64,000 nucleotides of DNA from positions 54,436,001 to 54,500,000 of the forward strand of contig NC_135893.1 in the NCBI RefSeq assembly GCF_964194155.1, in the 5' to 3' direction. The stretch is from Cetorhinus maximus. Taxonomy: Eukaryota. The notes beneath the pieces are model-generated. The model saw only the letters and a list, made by a program, of their open reading frames with translations. It was not told the DNA's origin and searched no databases. Both the position numbers and the translations under genes were made by a program. Positions 52,480 to 64,000 of this stretch are shown here, piece by piece. Each line of letters starts with the position of its first letter. The stretch's first letter is position 1.

Positions 52480-55400
52480 GAGTATAGTTAGGAGAGGGGT
52501 GAAATATAAGCTGGTTTAAGGTGGGGGGCGGGGGGCGGGGGGAGAGAAGTTGAGGGTGGGGTGGTTGTAGGGACAAGCAAGCAGTGATAGGAGCAGATAA
52601 TCAAAAGATGTCACAGACAAAAGGATCAAAGAGGTGTTGAAGGTGGTGATATTATCTAAGAAAAGTGCTAATTAAGAATGGTTGGCAGGACACTCAAGGT
52701 ACAGCTCTAGTGGGAGTGGGGTGGAAAGACTGACAAGGTATTAGTTGTAGATTTAAAAATAATGGAAATAGGTGGGAAAAGAAAAATCTATATAAATTAT
52801 TGGAAAAAACAAAAGGGAGGGGGAAGAAACGGGGTGGGGATGAAGGGAGGGAGTTTAAGATCTAAAGTTGTTGAATTCAATATTCAGCCCGGAAGGCTGT
52901 AAAGTGCCTAGTCGGAAGATGAGGTGCTGTTCCTCCAGTTTGCATTGGGCTTCACTGGAACAATGCAGCAAGCCAAGGACAGACATGCGGGCAAGAGAGC
53001 AGGGTGGAGTGTTAAAATAGCAAGCGACAGGGAGGTTTGGGTCTTTCTTGCGGACAGACCGCAGGTGTTCTGCAAAGCGGTCGCCCAGTTTGCGTTTGGT
53101 CTCTCCAATGTAGAGGAGACCGCATTGGGAGCAACGAATGCAGTAGACTAAGTTAGGGGAAATGCAAGTGAAATGTTGTTTCACTTGAAAGGAGTGTTTG
53201 GGCCCTTGGACGGTGAGGAGAGAGGAAGTGAAGGGGCAGGTGTTGCATCTTCTGCTTGGGCATGGGGAGGTGCCATAGGTGGGGGTTGAGGAGTAGGGGG
53301 TGATGGAGGAGTGGACCAGGGTGTCCCGGAGGGAACGATCCCTACGGGAATGCCGCTGGGGGGGGGTGAAGGGAAGATGTGTTTGGTGGTGGCATCATGC
53401 TGGAGTTGGCGGAAAAGGCAGAGGATGATCCTTTGAATGCGGAGGCTGGTGGGGTGATAAGTGAGGACAAGGGGGACCCTATCATGTTTCTGGGAGGGAG
53501 GAGAAGGCGTGAGGGCGGATGCGCGGGAGATGGGCCGGACACAGTTGAGGGCCCTGTCAACGACCGTGGGTGGAAAACCTCGGTTAAGGAAGAAGGAGGA
53601 CATGTCAGAGGAACTGTTTTTGAAGGTAGCATCGTCAGAACAGATGCGACGGAGGCGAAGGAACTGAGAGAATAGGATGGAGTCCTTACAGGAAGCGGGG
53701 TGTGAGGAACTGTAGTCGAGGTAGCTGTGGGAGTCGGTAGGCTTGTAATGGATATTGGTGGACAGTCTATCATCAGAAATTGAGACAGAGAGGTCAAGGA
53801 AGGGAAGGGAAGTGTCAGAGATGGACCATGTGAAAATGATGGAGGGGTGGAAATTGGAAGCAAAATTAATAAATTTTTCCAGGTCCCGACGAGAGCATGA
53901 AGCAGCACCGAAGTAATCATCGATGTACCGGAGAAAGAGTTGTGGGACGGGGCCGGAGTAGGACTGGAACAAGGAATGTTCCACATACCCTATAAAGAGA
54001 CAGGCATAGCTGGGGCCCATGCGGGTACCCATAGCCACACCTTTTATTTGGAGGAAGTGAGAGGAGTTAAAGGAGAAATTGTTCAGTGTGAGAACAAGTT
54101 CAGCCAGACGGAGGAGAGTAGTGGTGGATGGGGATTGTTGGGGCCTCTGTTCAAGGAAGAAGCTAAGGGCCCTCAGACCATCCTGGTGGGGGATGGAGGT
54201 GTAGAGGGATTGGACATCCATGGTGAAGAGGAAGCAGTTGGGGCCAGGGAACTGGAAATTGTTGATGTAACGTAAAGTGTCAGAGGAAACACGGATGTAG
54301 GTGGGAAGGGACTGGACAAGGGGAGAGAGAAAGGAGTCAAGATAACGAGAAATGAGTTCCGTGGGGCAGGAACAGGCTGACACGATCGGTCTGCCGGGAC
54401 GGTTCTGTTTGTGGATTCTGGGTAGGAGGTAGAAGCGGGCCGTCCGAGGTTGGGCGACTATCAGGTTGGAAGCTGTGGGAGGAAGATCTCCAGAGGAGGT
54501 GAGGTCAGTGACAGTCCTGGAAACAATGGCTTGATGTTCCGTGGTGGGGTCATGGTCCAGGAAGAGGTAGGAGGAAGTGTCTGCGATTTGAGGCTCAGCC
54601 TGCGCGAGGTAGAGATCAGTGCGCCAGACAACAACAGCACCACCCTTGTCAGTGGGTTTGATGACAATGTTGGGGTTGGATCTGAGAGAACGGAGTGCAG
54701 TAAGTTCAGAGAGAGACAGATTAGAATGGGTGAGAGGACCAGATGGTCGTTGACAGGGTCCTCAACCATCTCCGGCCCATCTCCCGCGCATCTGCCCTCA
54801 CGCCTTCTCCTCCCTCCCAGAAACATGATAGGGTCCCCCTTGTCCTCACTTATCACCCCACCAGCCTCCGCATTCAAAGGATCATCCTCCGCCTTTTCCG
54901 CCAACTCCAGCACGATGCCACCACCAAACACATCTTCCCTTCACCCCCCCGGCGGCATTCCGTAGGGATCGTTCCCTCTGGGACACCCTGGTCCACTCCT
55001 CCATCACCCCCTACTCCTCAACCCCCACCTATGGCACCTCCCCATGCCCAAGCAGAAGATGCAACACCTGCCCCTTCACTTCCTCTCTCCTCACCGTCCA
55101 AGGGCCCAAACACTCCTTTCAAGTGAAGCAACATTTCACTTGCATTTCCCCTAACTTAGTCTACTGCATTCGTTGCTCCCAATGCGGTCTCCTCTACATT
55201 GGAGAGACCAAACGCAAACTGGGCGACCGCTTTGCAGAACACCTGCGGTCTGTCCGCAAGAAAGACCCAAACCTCCCTGTCGCTTGCTATTTTAACACTC
55301 CACCCTGCTCTCTTGCCCACATGTCTGTCCTTGGCTTGCTGCATTGTTCCAGTGAAGCCCAACGCAAACTGGAGGAACAGCACCTCATCTTCCGACTAGG

Positions 55401-55820
55401 CACTTTATAGCCTTCCGGGCTGAATATTGAATTCAACAACTTTAGATCTTAAACTCCCTCCCTTCATCCCCACCCCGTTTCTTCCCCCTCCCTTTTGTTT
55501 TTTTCAATAATTTATATAAATTTTTCTTTTCCCACCTATTTCCATTATTTTTAAATCTACAACTAATACCTTGTCAGTCTTTCCACCCCGCCCCCACTAG
55601 AGCTGTACCTTGAATGTCCTGCCATCCATTCTTAATTAGCACTTTTCTTAGATAATATCACCACCTTCAACACCTCTTTGATCCTTTTGTCTGTGACATC
55701 TTTTGATTATCTGCTCCTATCACTGCTTGCTTGTCCCTACAACCACCCCACCCTCAACTTCTCTCACCCCGCCCCCCACCTTAAACCAGCTTATATTTCA
55801 CCCCTCTCCTAACTATACTC

Positions 55821-55859
55821 AGTTCTGTTGAAGGGTCATGTGGACTCGAAACATCGACT
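55821..55859 (+). ncRNA. Minimal hammerhead-like motif, right arm (stem III CpG mutated)
   Basis: AGTT-CTGTTGA-A-GGGTC-ATGTG-GACTC-GAAAC-ATC-GACT. Confidence 0.6.
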
Positions 55860-56934
55860 CTTTTCTTCTCCGCCGATGCTGCCAGACCTGCTAAGTTTTT
55901 CCAGGTAATTCTGTTTTTGTTTTGGATTTCCAGCATCCACAGTAGTTTTTTGTTGGAAATATTACATTTGGTTCCCTCATCCAAATCATTGATATATATT
56001 GTGAATAACTGGGACCCAAGCACTGATCCCTCCATTACCCCATTAGTCACCGCCTGCCACTCCAAAAAACCCCATTTATTCCTATTCTCTTTCCTGTCTG
56101 CTAAGCAATTCTCAATCAATGCTAATATATTACCCCCAATCCTATGTGCTTTAATTTTACACGCTAACCTGAAAATCCAAATACACCACATTCACTAGTT
56201 CTCCCTTATCTATTCTGCTAGTTACGTCCTCAAAAAACTCCATTAGGTTTGTCAAACATGATTTCCCTTTCATGAACCCATGTTGACTTTGTCTAATCCC
56301 GTTGATATTTTCTAAGTGTCCTGTTATCATATCCTTTATAATAGACTCGAATATTTTCCCTACTATTAATGTTAGGCCAACTGGTCTGTAATTCACTGTT
56401 TTCTCTCTCTCTCTCTCTCTCCCCTCCCCCCCCACCTTTTTAATAGTGGGGTTACATTTGCCACCCTCCAATTTGCCGGGACTGTTCCAGAATCTACAGA
56501 ATTTTGGAAAAGGACAGCCAGAGCACCCACTATTTCCATGGCCACCTCCTTTAATACCCTGGGATGTAGATTATCAGGCCCTGGAGATTTTTCAGCTTTC
56601 AGCCCCATTAATTTCTCCAGCACTATTGTTTTAGCAATACTAATTTCCTTCAATTCCTCCTTCTCACTAGACCCTTGGTTCCCTAGCATTTCTGGGAAGT
56701 TATTTGTCTTCCTCCGTGAAGACAGAACTAAAGTAGTTGTTTGAGTGCTATGCCATTTCCTTGTTCTCTATTGTAAATTCTTCCGTTTCGGACTGTAGGG
56801 GACCTACATTTGTCTTCACTAATCTTTTTCTTTTTACATACTTATAGAAGCTTTTACAGTCTGTTTTTATGTTTCTTTCAAGTTTACTCTCATACTCTAG
56901 TTTTCCCTTCTTAATCAATCTCTTGGTCCTGATT

Positions 56935-57233
56935 TGATTCTGCTGTTGCCATTCACACCTCCTCTAGACCCATCTTTTGTTTCTTTACTTATCACATTGC
57001 TACTAATTTCTCCTGCCTTCCAGCCTATCACAGACTCTCCTTTTCTCTCCTCCTCATCTTTTCCCACCTTTGTATTTGCTTAAAACTTGTTACATTTCTA
57101 ACTTTTTCCAGTTCTATTGATCTGAAATGTTAACTCTGGTTCTCTCTCCACTGATGCTGCTTGTCCGGCTGTGTATTTCCAACATTTTCTGTTTCTATTT
57201 TGGATTTTCAGCATTCACAGTATTTTGCTTTTC
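56935..57233 (+). mobile_element. PLE 3' UTR and tail fragment (older subfamily)
   Basis: CAGTTCT...GATCTGAAATGTTAACTCTGGTTCTCTCTCCACTGATGCTGC...CAGTATTTTGCTTTT. Confidence 0.65.
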
Positions 57234-57504
57234 TATAATTAAGCACATGTTTGGAAAGGAAAAGTAGTAGTCGGTGAGTGAGATAGTGCTTCCTACACTA
57301 GCTGTCAGTGGAAAAAGAGATATGATGAATCAACTCATAAGAGACTCTACATTATTACACTTCACTCTGGAATTTTAGTGACTGGTGATCATGCTACTGG
57401 AGTTTGATGGGTGCTTGCTGCAAACAGCTTATCCGTGAATACCTGAAATACAAATTGTTTGATTTTTTTGCCAAAGCCACTTAAAAAGTGTAGATATATG
57501 AATC

Positions 57505-57680
57505 AAAAATAAAAACAAAAAATGCTGAAAAACTCAGCAGGTCTGGCAGCATCAGTGGAGAGAGAAACATAGTTCACGTTAACTTTATTTCCCTCTCCAC
57601 AGATGCTGCAGACCTGCTGAGTTTTTCTAGCATTTTTGTTTTTCTTTCAGATTTCCAGCATCTGCAGTATTTTGCTTTCT
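57505..57680. mobile_element. Miniature palindromic PLE-derived element
   Basis: Inverted arms of ~73 bp meet at ACGT (57576-57579). Flanked by GATATATGAATC and GATAGATGAAGC. Confidence 0.75.
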
Positions 57681-58329
57681 GATAGATGAAGCACCTCTAT
57701 CTAGGTGGACAGCTTAAAGAGCGTAAGTTGGCAAGTTCACAGATGTGACAGAAATGTTTATATTGATTACCTATTTGTGAGGAGACAGATCTAATAGTCC
57801 GAGATTGATAATCTATGGGTGTGGGAGGAGGGAGATCTGATCTTGTTCTGCATGAGTTGCATTGTTTCTCTGATGTAACATTATATCAGGAAAATGGGGC
57901 AACCAGTTTAATGCCTTTAAATCCTTCTGTAGTTGACAGCTGTATTTAATTGTGAAATATATATTTTATTTGCCTCAGTTAAGCTTTCAAAGTAAAGAGA
58001 GGTTTCTTTAGTGAATTTGTGTTTCTCCAGACTAGTGCAAACACTCCACTGATATTTGATTTCATGCATAACCTTCTCCTCACATATATGTTTGGTGCAA
58101 TTCACAAGCAAATTATTAAAGTTACAAGAGACTTATTAATTTTGTAATCAGTTTAAAGTACTGGTGAGAAATCAAGGGTTAACAATTGTAAGGTAGTGAA
58201 CTCTGCTGTGTTTGGTTTGTTTCTGTTTATAATTCTATCTGCTAATAAACCCGATTGATAGTTTGTATCCTGAGATCTGTGGTCTGTCAGAGCATTATTT
58301 ATCTGTCAATTGGAGGGACCAGAAAAATA

Positions 58330-61300
58330 ATTTCTCCTCAACTCCCCACTACGCTTTCTGCCAATTACTTTAAGTTTATGACCCTAGTTATTGACTTCTC
58401 TGCTAAGGGAAATAGATCCTTTCTATGCATTCCTATGTCCCTTATGATTTTATACACCTAAACAAAATTTCCCCTCAGCTTTCTCTATTCCAAAGAAAAC
58501 AATCCCAGCCTATTCAATCTTTTCTCAAAGCTAAAATTCTCAACTCCTGGCAACATTTGCTTAAATTGCCTCTATCCTTTATAGTGCAATCACACCTTTC
58601 CTGTAATGCAGTGACCATAATTGTACACTGTACTCTAGCTGTGACCTAACTAGTGTTTTACGCAGTTCTAGCATAACCTCCCTGCTCTTCCATTCCTCAG
58701 CTAATAAAGGAAAAGATTGTGTATGCCTTCTTAACCACCTTATCTAGCTGTCCTGTTACCTTCAGGATCTGTGGACACGTGCTGCAAGTGCCTTTGTTCC
58801 TCTACACCTCAGCATCCTACCATATATTGTGTACTCCCCTGTCTTGTTTGTCCTCCCCAAATGCATTACCTCGTACTTCTCTAGATTGAATTTCATTTCC
58901 CACTTTCCTGCCTAACTGACCAATTCATTGATGTCTTCCTGCAGTCCCACCTAGAAGGACAATGGCAGCAGATGCTTGGAAATTCCACCACCTGCAAGTT
59001 CCCGCCCAAGCCACACACCATACCGACTTGGAAATATATCGCCACGCCTTCACTCTCACTGGATCAAAATCCTGGAACTCCCTTCCTAACAGCACTGTGG
59101 GTGTACCTACACCACATGGACTGCAGCAGTTCAAGAAAGCAGCTCACCACCACCTTCTCAAGGGCAATTAGGGATGGGCAATAAATGCTGGCCAGGCCAG
59201 AAACGTCCACATCCCATGAATGAATAAAAAAAATCATTTCTAAATGCTTTCTTACCATCCAGGTTGAACTGACCAATCTATAGTTGCTGGGTTTATCCTT
59301 ACACCCTTTTTTGAACAAGAATTGTTCAAAATTGAACATTGGGAGGTGGAGGCCAAGATGCTAAACCTTTAATATTTCCTCTCTCAAAATGGTTATATGA
59401 TCCAATATTTTACACTCCTTAACTACAACTACAATTGTCTCCCTCTTATGTGAAGAGAACCATGTCCACGTCTTCTGTCTTCACACACTGGCTCCCATTT
59501 TGATCCCCAATAGGCCATAATCCTCCTTTAATTATCCTCTTCCTCTTTATAGGAAGATAGGGAGCAGGAGCAGGCCATTCAGTCCTTCAAGCTTGCTCTG
59601 CCATTCAAAGGGATCATGGTTGATCTGTTTGCGTCTCAACTCCACTTTGCCATCTGCCCTCCATAACCCTTGACTCCCTTGTCGATCAGAAATCTGTCTA
59701 AATCTGCCTTGAATAAATGTGATGACCCAGCCTCCACTGCTTTCTGGGGAAGAGAGTTCCACATACTAACTACCCTCTGAGAGAAAGAAATTCTCCTAAT
59801 CTCCGTCATAAACGGTAGACTTCTTATTCTTAAACTGTGTCCCCTAGTTCAAGTCTCTCCCACAAGAGGAAACATACTCTCTCTCGGTATCTACCCTATC
59901 AAATCCCCTCACGATCTTATTTGTTTCAATAAGATCACTTTGCATTTTTCTCAACTCCAATGGGTATTGGCCCAACCTGTATAACCTTTCTTCATAAGAT
60001 AAGCCCCTCATCCCAAGAATGAGTCAAATGAGCCTTCTCTGAACTTCTTCTCACGCAATATATCTTTTTTCAAATAAAGTGGATAAGTTCACATTTTCCC
60101 ACATTAAACTTCATCTGCCAAATTTTTGCCCACTAATTTAAACTGTCTATATCCCTTTGCAGACTCTCTACCTTGTCTTGGCAACTTACTTTCCTACCTA
60201 TCTTGATGTCATCGGCAAATTTCGCTATCATATATTCAGTCTCTCCATCCAAATCATTAATATAGATTGTAAATAGTTGAGACCCCAGCACTGATTCCTT
60301 TGGCACTCCACTTTTCACAGCCTTGCAACCCAAAAAAGACCCATTTATCCCTACTCTCTCCTTCCTCTTTGCCAACCAATCTTTTATCCATGCCAATATG
60401 TTACCCCTACACCATGTAATCTTATTTTGTGTAGTAACCTTTGATATGGAACCTTATCAAATGTCTTTTGGAATTCCAAGTACACCACATCTACTGGTTC
60501 CCCTTTATCCACCTTGCTTGTTATTTCTTCAAAAAAACTCTAATAAATTCGTGAAACACGATTGCCTTTTCACAAACCCATGTTGACTCTGCTTGATCAC
60601 ATTATGATTTTCTAAATATCCTGCTATGACCTCCTTAATAATGGATTCCAGCAATTTTTTTTTATTCATTCACCGGATGTGGGCTTCACTGACTGGGCCA
60701 GCATTTTATTGCCCATCCGTAGTTGCCCTTGAGAAAGTGGTGCTGAGCTGCCTTCTTGAACTGCTGCACGATTCCTAGCCTTTGACCTGCTCTTGTAGCC
60801 ACAGTATTTATATGGCTAGTCCAGTTCAGTTTCTGATCAATGGTAACCCCCAGGATGTTGATAGTGGGGGATTCAGTGATGGTAATGCCATTGAACATCA
60901 AGGGCAATGGTTGGATTCTTTCTTGTTGGAGATGGTCAATGCCTGACACTATGTTAGGCTAAATGGCCTGTAGTTTACTGCTTCCTGTCTCCCTCCTTTC
61001 TTGAATAAAAGTGTTACATTAGTTGTTTTCCAATCCACTGGGACCCTTCCAGAATCCAAAGAATTTTGGGAGATTATAACCAATGCATCTACTATCTCTG
61101 CAGCCACATCTTTTAAGACCCTAGGATGCAGGCCATCTGGTCTTGGGGATTTGTCAGCCTTTAGGTCTAATAGTTTTCCCAGCACCTTTTCCCTAGTGAT
61201 TGTGATTGTTTTAACTTCCTCCCTCCTGTTCACCTCTTGATTTTCAAGTATCTTTGGGAAGGTTTCTAAGTCTTCTACATGAATACAATTACAAAATACC

Positions 61301-62420
61301 TGTTCAATGCTTCTGCAATTTCCTTGTTTTCATCAATTCCCCAAACTCACTCTCTAGGAGACAAACCTAGCTTTAGTTACTCTTTTCCTATTTAAATACT
61401 TGTAGGAACCCTTACCGTCTGCTTTTATATTACTAGTTAGATTTCTCTCATACTCTTCTTTCTCCCTCTTCATAATTTTTAGTCATTCTTTGCTGGTTCT
61501 TAAAATTTGACCAATCTTCTGACCTACAATAAATCTTTGCAGATTTGTAGTGTTTCTTTCAATTTGATACTATCTTTAACTTCCTTATTCAGCCATGAAT
61601 GATGCATTGTTCTCAAAGAGCCTTTCTTTCTCATTGGGATAAATCTTTGCTGAGCGTAAGTAAATATCCCCTTATGTATCTATAAATCATTTTTAGGTTT
61701 TGCTTGAATTTACTTGTTGAATTCATCCCTCTTTGCTTTCCTCATTTATTTTTTAATGTCACCCCTTCACTTTCTATATTCCTCTAGGCTTCCCTTTTTT
61801 GCTTATCCTACATACTCAGTATGCTCTTTGACATCCAGGTGTGTCTAGATTTGGGAGACATACCCTTTGTCTTTGTGGAAACTTATTTGTTCTGAACCCT
61901 CTCTATCTTCTCCTTGAACACCTCCCACTGTTCTGGCACTGATTCAGTCTTCAAGTAGCTGTTTCCAGTCCACTTTTGCCAAAGCACATCTTAACTTAGT
62001 AAAATTGGCCTTTCCCCAATTGAAAACTTTTACTCTTAGTTCATCTTTGTCCTTTTGCATGATCATGTTAAATGTAACTGAGTTATGATCATTACCACCA
62101 AAATGCTCTCCCATTGATCCTTTCTACCTGCCCAGCTTCACTTTCTACAACTTAACAAGAGATGCCCTTCTCTTGTTGGGCTTGCTACATATTGGCAAAA
62201 AATCTTCTCCTGAATGCATTTTAAGATTCTGCACTCTATAACTTTCATACCGATGTTATCCCAGTTGTTATTAGGCTAATTGAAATACCCTATTATTGCC
62301 CTGGTATTTATGCACTTTTCAGCAATTTTCCTACATATTTGCTCTTCTATCTCTCTGTGACTGTTTGGGAATCTATGGCACACTCCAGCTACAGAATTGT
62401 GATTGCCCTGGGTGTATATC
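58330..62420 (-). mobile_element. Cluster of nested and fragmented CR1 LINEs, with second-family LINE tails at ~58945-59232 (plus) and ~60655-60948 (minus)
   Basis: GVPKESVLGS..FTIYINDLD..KFADDIKIG (60133-60396), KSPRPDGLHPRVLK..NYRP (60949-61233) and ILGVTIDQKLNW (60686-60949). Confidence 0.85.
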
Positions 62421-64000
62421 ATAGATCTGTCCTTCTTGTTGCCTTCTCACCAACCAATGGAAACTAAACATCACTACTTAGCTCTAACCTCTTACCCTTC
62501 TCAGCTTCATTGGAAAAACCCTAATTTCTCATCCCTTTTAACTGTAAACTTTCATCTCTAATAGCATCCCAATGCATATATGCTGCACCTTCTCAAGTGA
62601 TTTTAAATCCTTCAAACAATGGAGTCCCCTAAATTGTACACAATACTCTGTTACTCTACTGAAAATAAATGGTGTACCCCATTGCTGCATGGGTTCAATA
62701 TCCGAAAACAGTACCGCAGGGCATTCGGCCCATCGAGTCTGTGCAGTCTCTCTATAAAGAAATCCAGTACCTTGCACATAACAAATTACTTTGAAATTCA
62801 GTAACCGGTGTATCGTTAAATCTACGGATTGGATAAAAATTTCCTTTTTAGAAAGGGACCCTTTTTGTTCTTCCACATCTCTCCCCACCATCAAATGATC
62901 GTCTGCATATATTGTAATTTTTTCTCAATCAGGATTTTACATAATTACTTAGTTTTTCTTGTAAAACTGTACTATCTTCTGTTCTTTTTTTAATGTTTTC
63001 GATACAGTAGGCGTATATATAAACCAATAGACAAAAAAGGGCTTTAATTTTGTCACCAGCAGCTGGGTGGTCTAATGTTTAATACAGTACACATCACCTC
63101 TGTGTTTACAAATAAATAAGAAACGGTTTGTTAAACATTTCTCTTGGCATAGATTCAAGTTCTTCATTTTATGTATACACTTGTTTAAGACATCCCCAAC
63201 AATTGCCGTGCACGATTCCAATATGCACAAGACGTTTCACGCACTGTACGAAGTGGGAGACTGAGCTGAGCAGGAGGCTGAGAGGTAGAGAAAGGTGAGC
63301 AGTATGGAGAAACGGGAATAGTAGAGAGAGCAGAATGGGGTCAGATGCACATTACTTTGCTTCAAGAACAAGGGGTAGTGCCATCCAACATAAAACCACA
63401 ATCCTATACACTCCCCTCAACCTTTAACCCCAAAATATTGATCCAAATGTCTAACTAGCTTCTGCATACATGCGGCAAAAATTCTGCGTCGTTTTACATT
63501 TATGATTTTGGGGTGTTTTTTTAAAAACTTAGCCATTGAACAAGGAGCTGAAGATTCATCCAGTAACAGGATCTTTGTCAGATCTGCCCTCATATTATGG
63601 CATGGTTTGTTGCTGTGGTCTCCGTGGAAACGAACGCTGGAGGGGGGAGTTGAGCACAATATGCAAACATATACAGGCCTGGTGATTGTTCAGGTTGTAA
63701 TCGGGTGGCAATTTCCTTTTGAATTTGAAAGACCAGATCGTCAATATCAATATTCCTTTCTGAGCAATGGGGAGCAGCAAAAGAATCTCGGACGAGACAT
63801 TTGAGAATATTTCAAGAGTCTAATAATCCCATCAGAAACAGTTTGACAAGCCTGATGAAAGAGAAGTACAATGTGTATTTAAAAGTTATCTACAAAAGTT
63901 AAGCTTAACTCAAGGTTCGCGATCTGTCATTTTATCTCTTTAAGGAGTTAGAGAAAATACAATTTACTTGTAAATATGTATTTACTTGTTCATTTAATAC

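Larger units (their letters stand above)
52378..55952. mobile_element. Inverted Penelope-like insertion: minus-strand copy 52378-54738 plus plus-strand 3' portion 54744-55952, flanked by a 14-bp TSD
   Basis: RT ORF 53181-54383 (minus); GIY-YIG ORFs at 52855-53184 (minus) and 55123-55410 (plus). TTGGAAATATTACA occurs at 52364-52377 and 55953-55966. Confidence 0.95.
51440..56930 (-). mobile_element. CR1 LINE (51440-52377 and 55953-56930) split by an inverted PLE insertion
   Basis: The RT sequence resumes across the insertion (...INDLDEGTKCNIS|KFADDTKL). KSPGPDNLHP and NYRPV motifs are present. Confidence 0.9.

Noticed and set aside
63417-63804. Short ORFs near the end of the window as exons of a further gene
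   Set aside because: No recognisable homology or convincing splice-site pair; this cannot be resolved without a database search.

Overview
Vertebrate nuclear DNA, most likely from a cartilaginous fish (inferred from the shark-type CR1 LINE, SINE and Penelope repeats). Three spliced genes can be built with canonical GT-AG sites and no frame breaks. (1) TOP3A: minus strand, 19 coding exons, 3718-25234, 960 aa. (2) A CCSMST1-family gene, UQCC4/C16orf91: plus strand, 2 exons, head-to-head with TOP3A about 0.8 kb away. (3) An intron-containing histone H3.3 gene: minus strand, 33811-35329, with a TATA/CRE/CCAAT promoter. The rest is mostly repeats: many CR1 fragments, SINEs, a decayed Gypsy LTR retrotransposon and several Neptune-type Penelope-like elements (PLEs) carrying minimal hammerhead ribozyme motifs. 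The most notable pattern is a size series of inverted (fold-back) PLE insertions. One is 3.6 kb with 1.2-kb arms and a 14-bp target-site duplication (TSD). One is a ~176-bp loopless palindrome centred on the ribozyme stem-III palindrome, with a probable TSD of its own. A third lies between the TOP3A and UQCC4 start codons. Also notable are three head-to-head CR1/PLE junctions, a strong-Kozak uORF whose stop overlaps the first TOP3A ATG, and an H3.3 gene whose position suggests a paralog lost in mammals. Exon boundaries were checked base by base; repeat boundaries are approximate.
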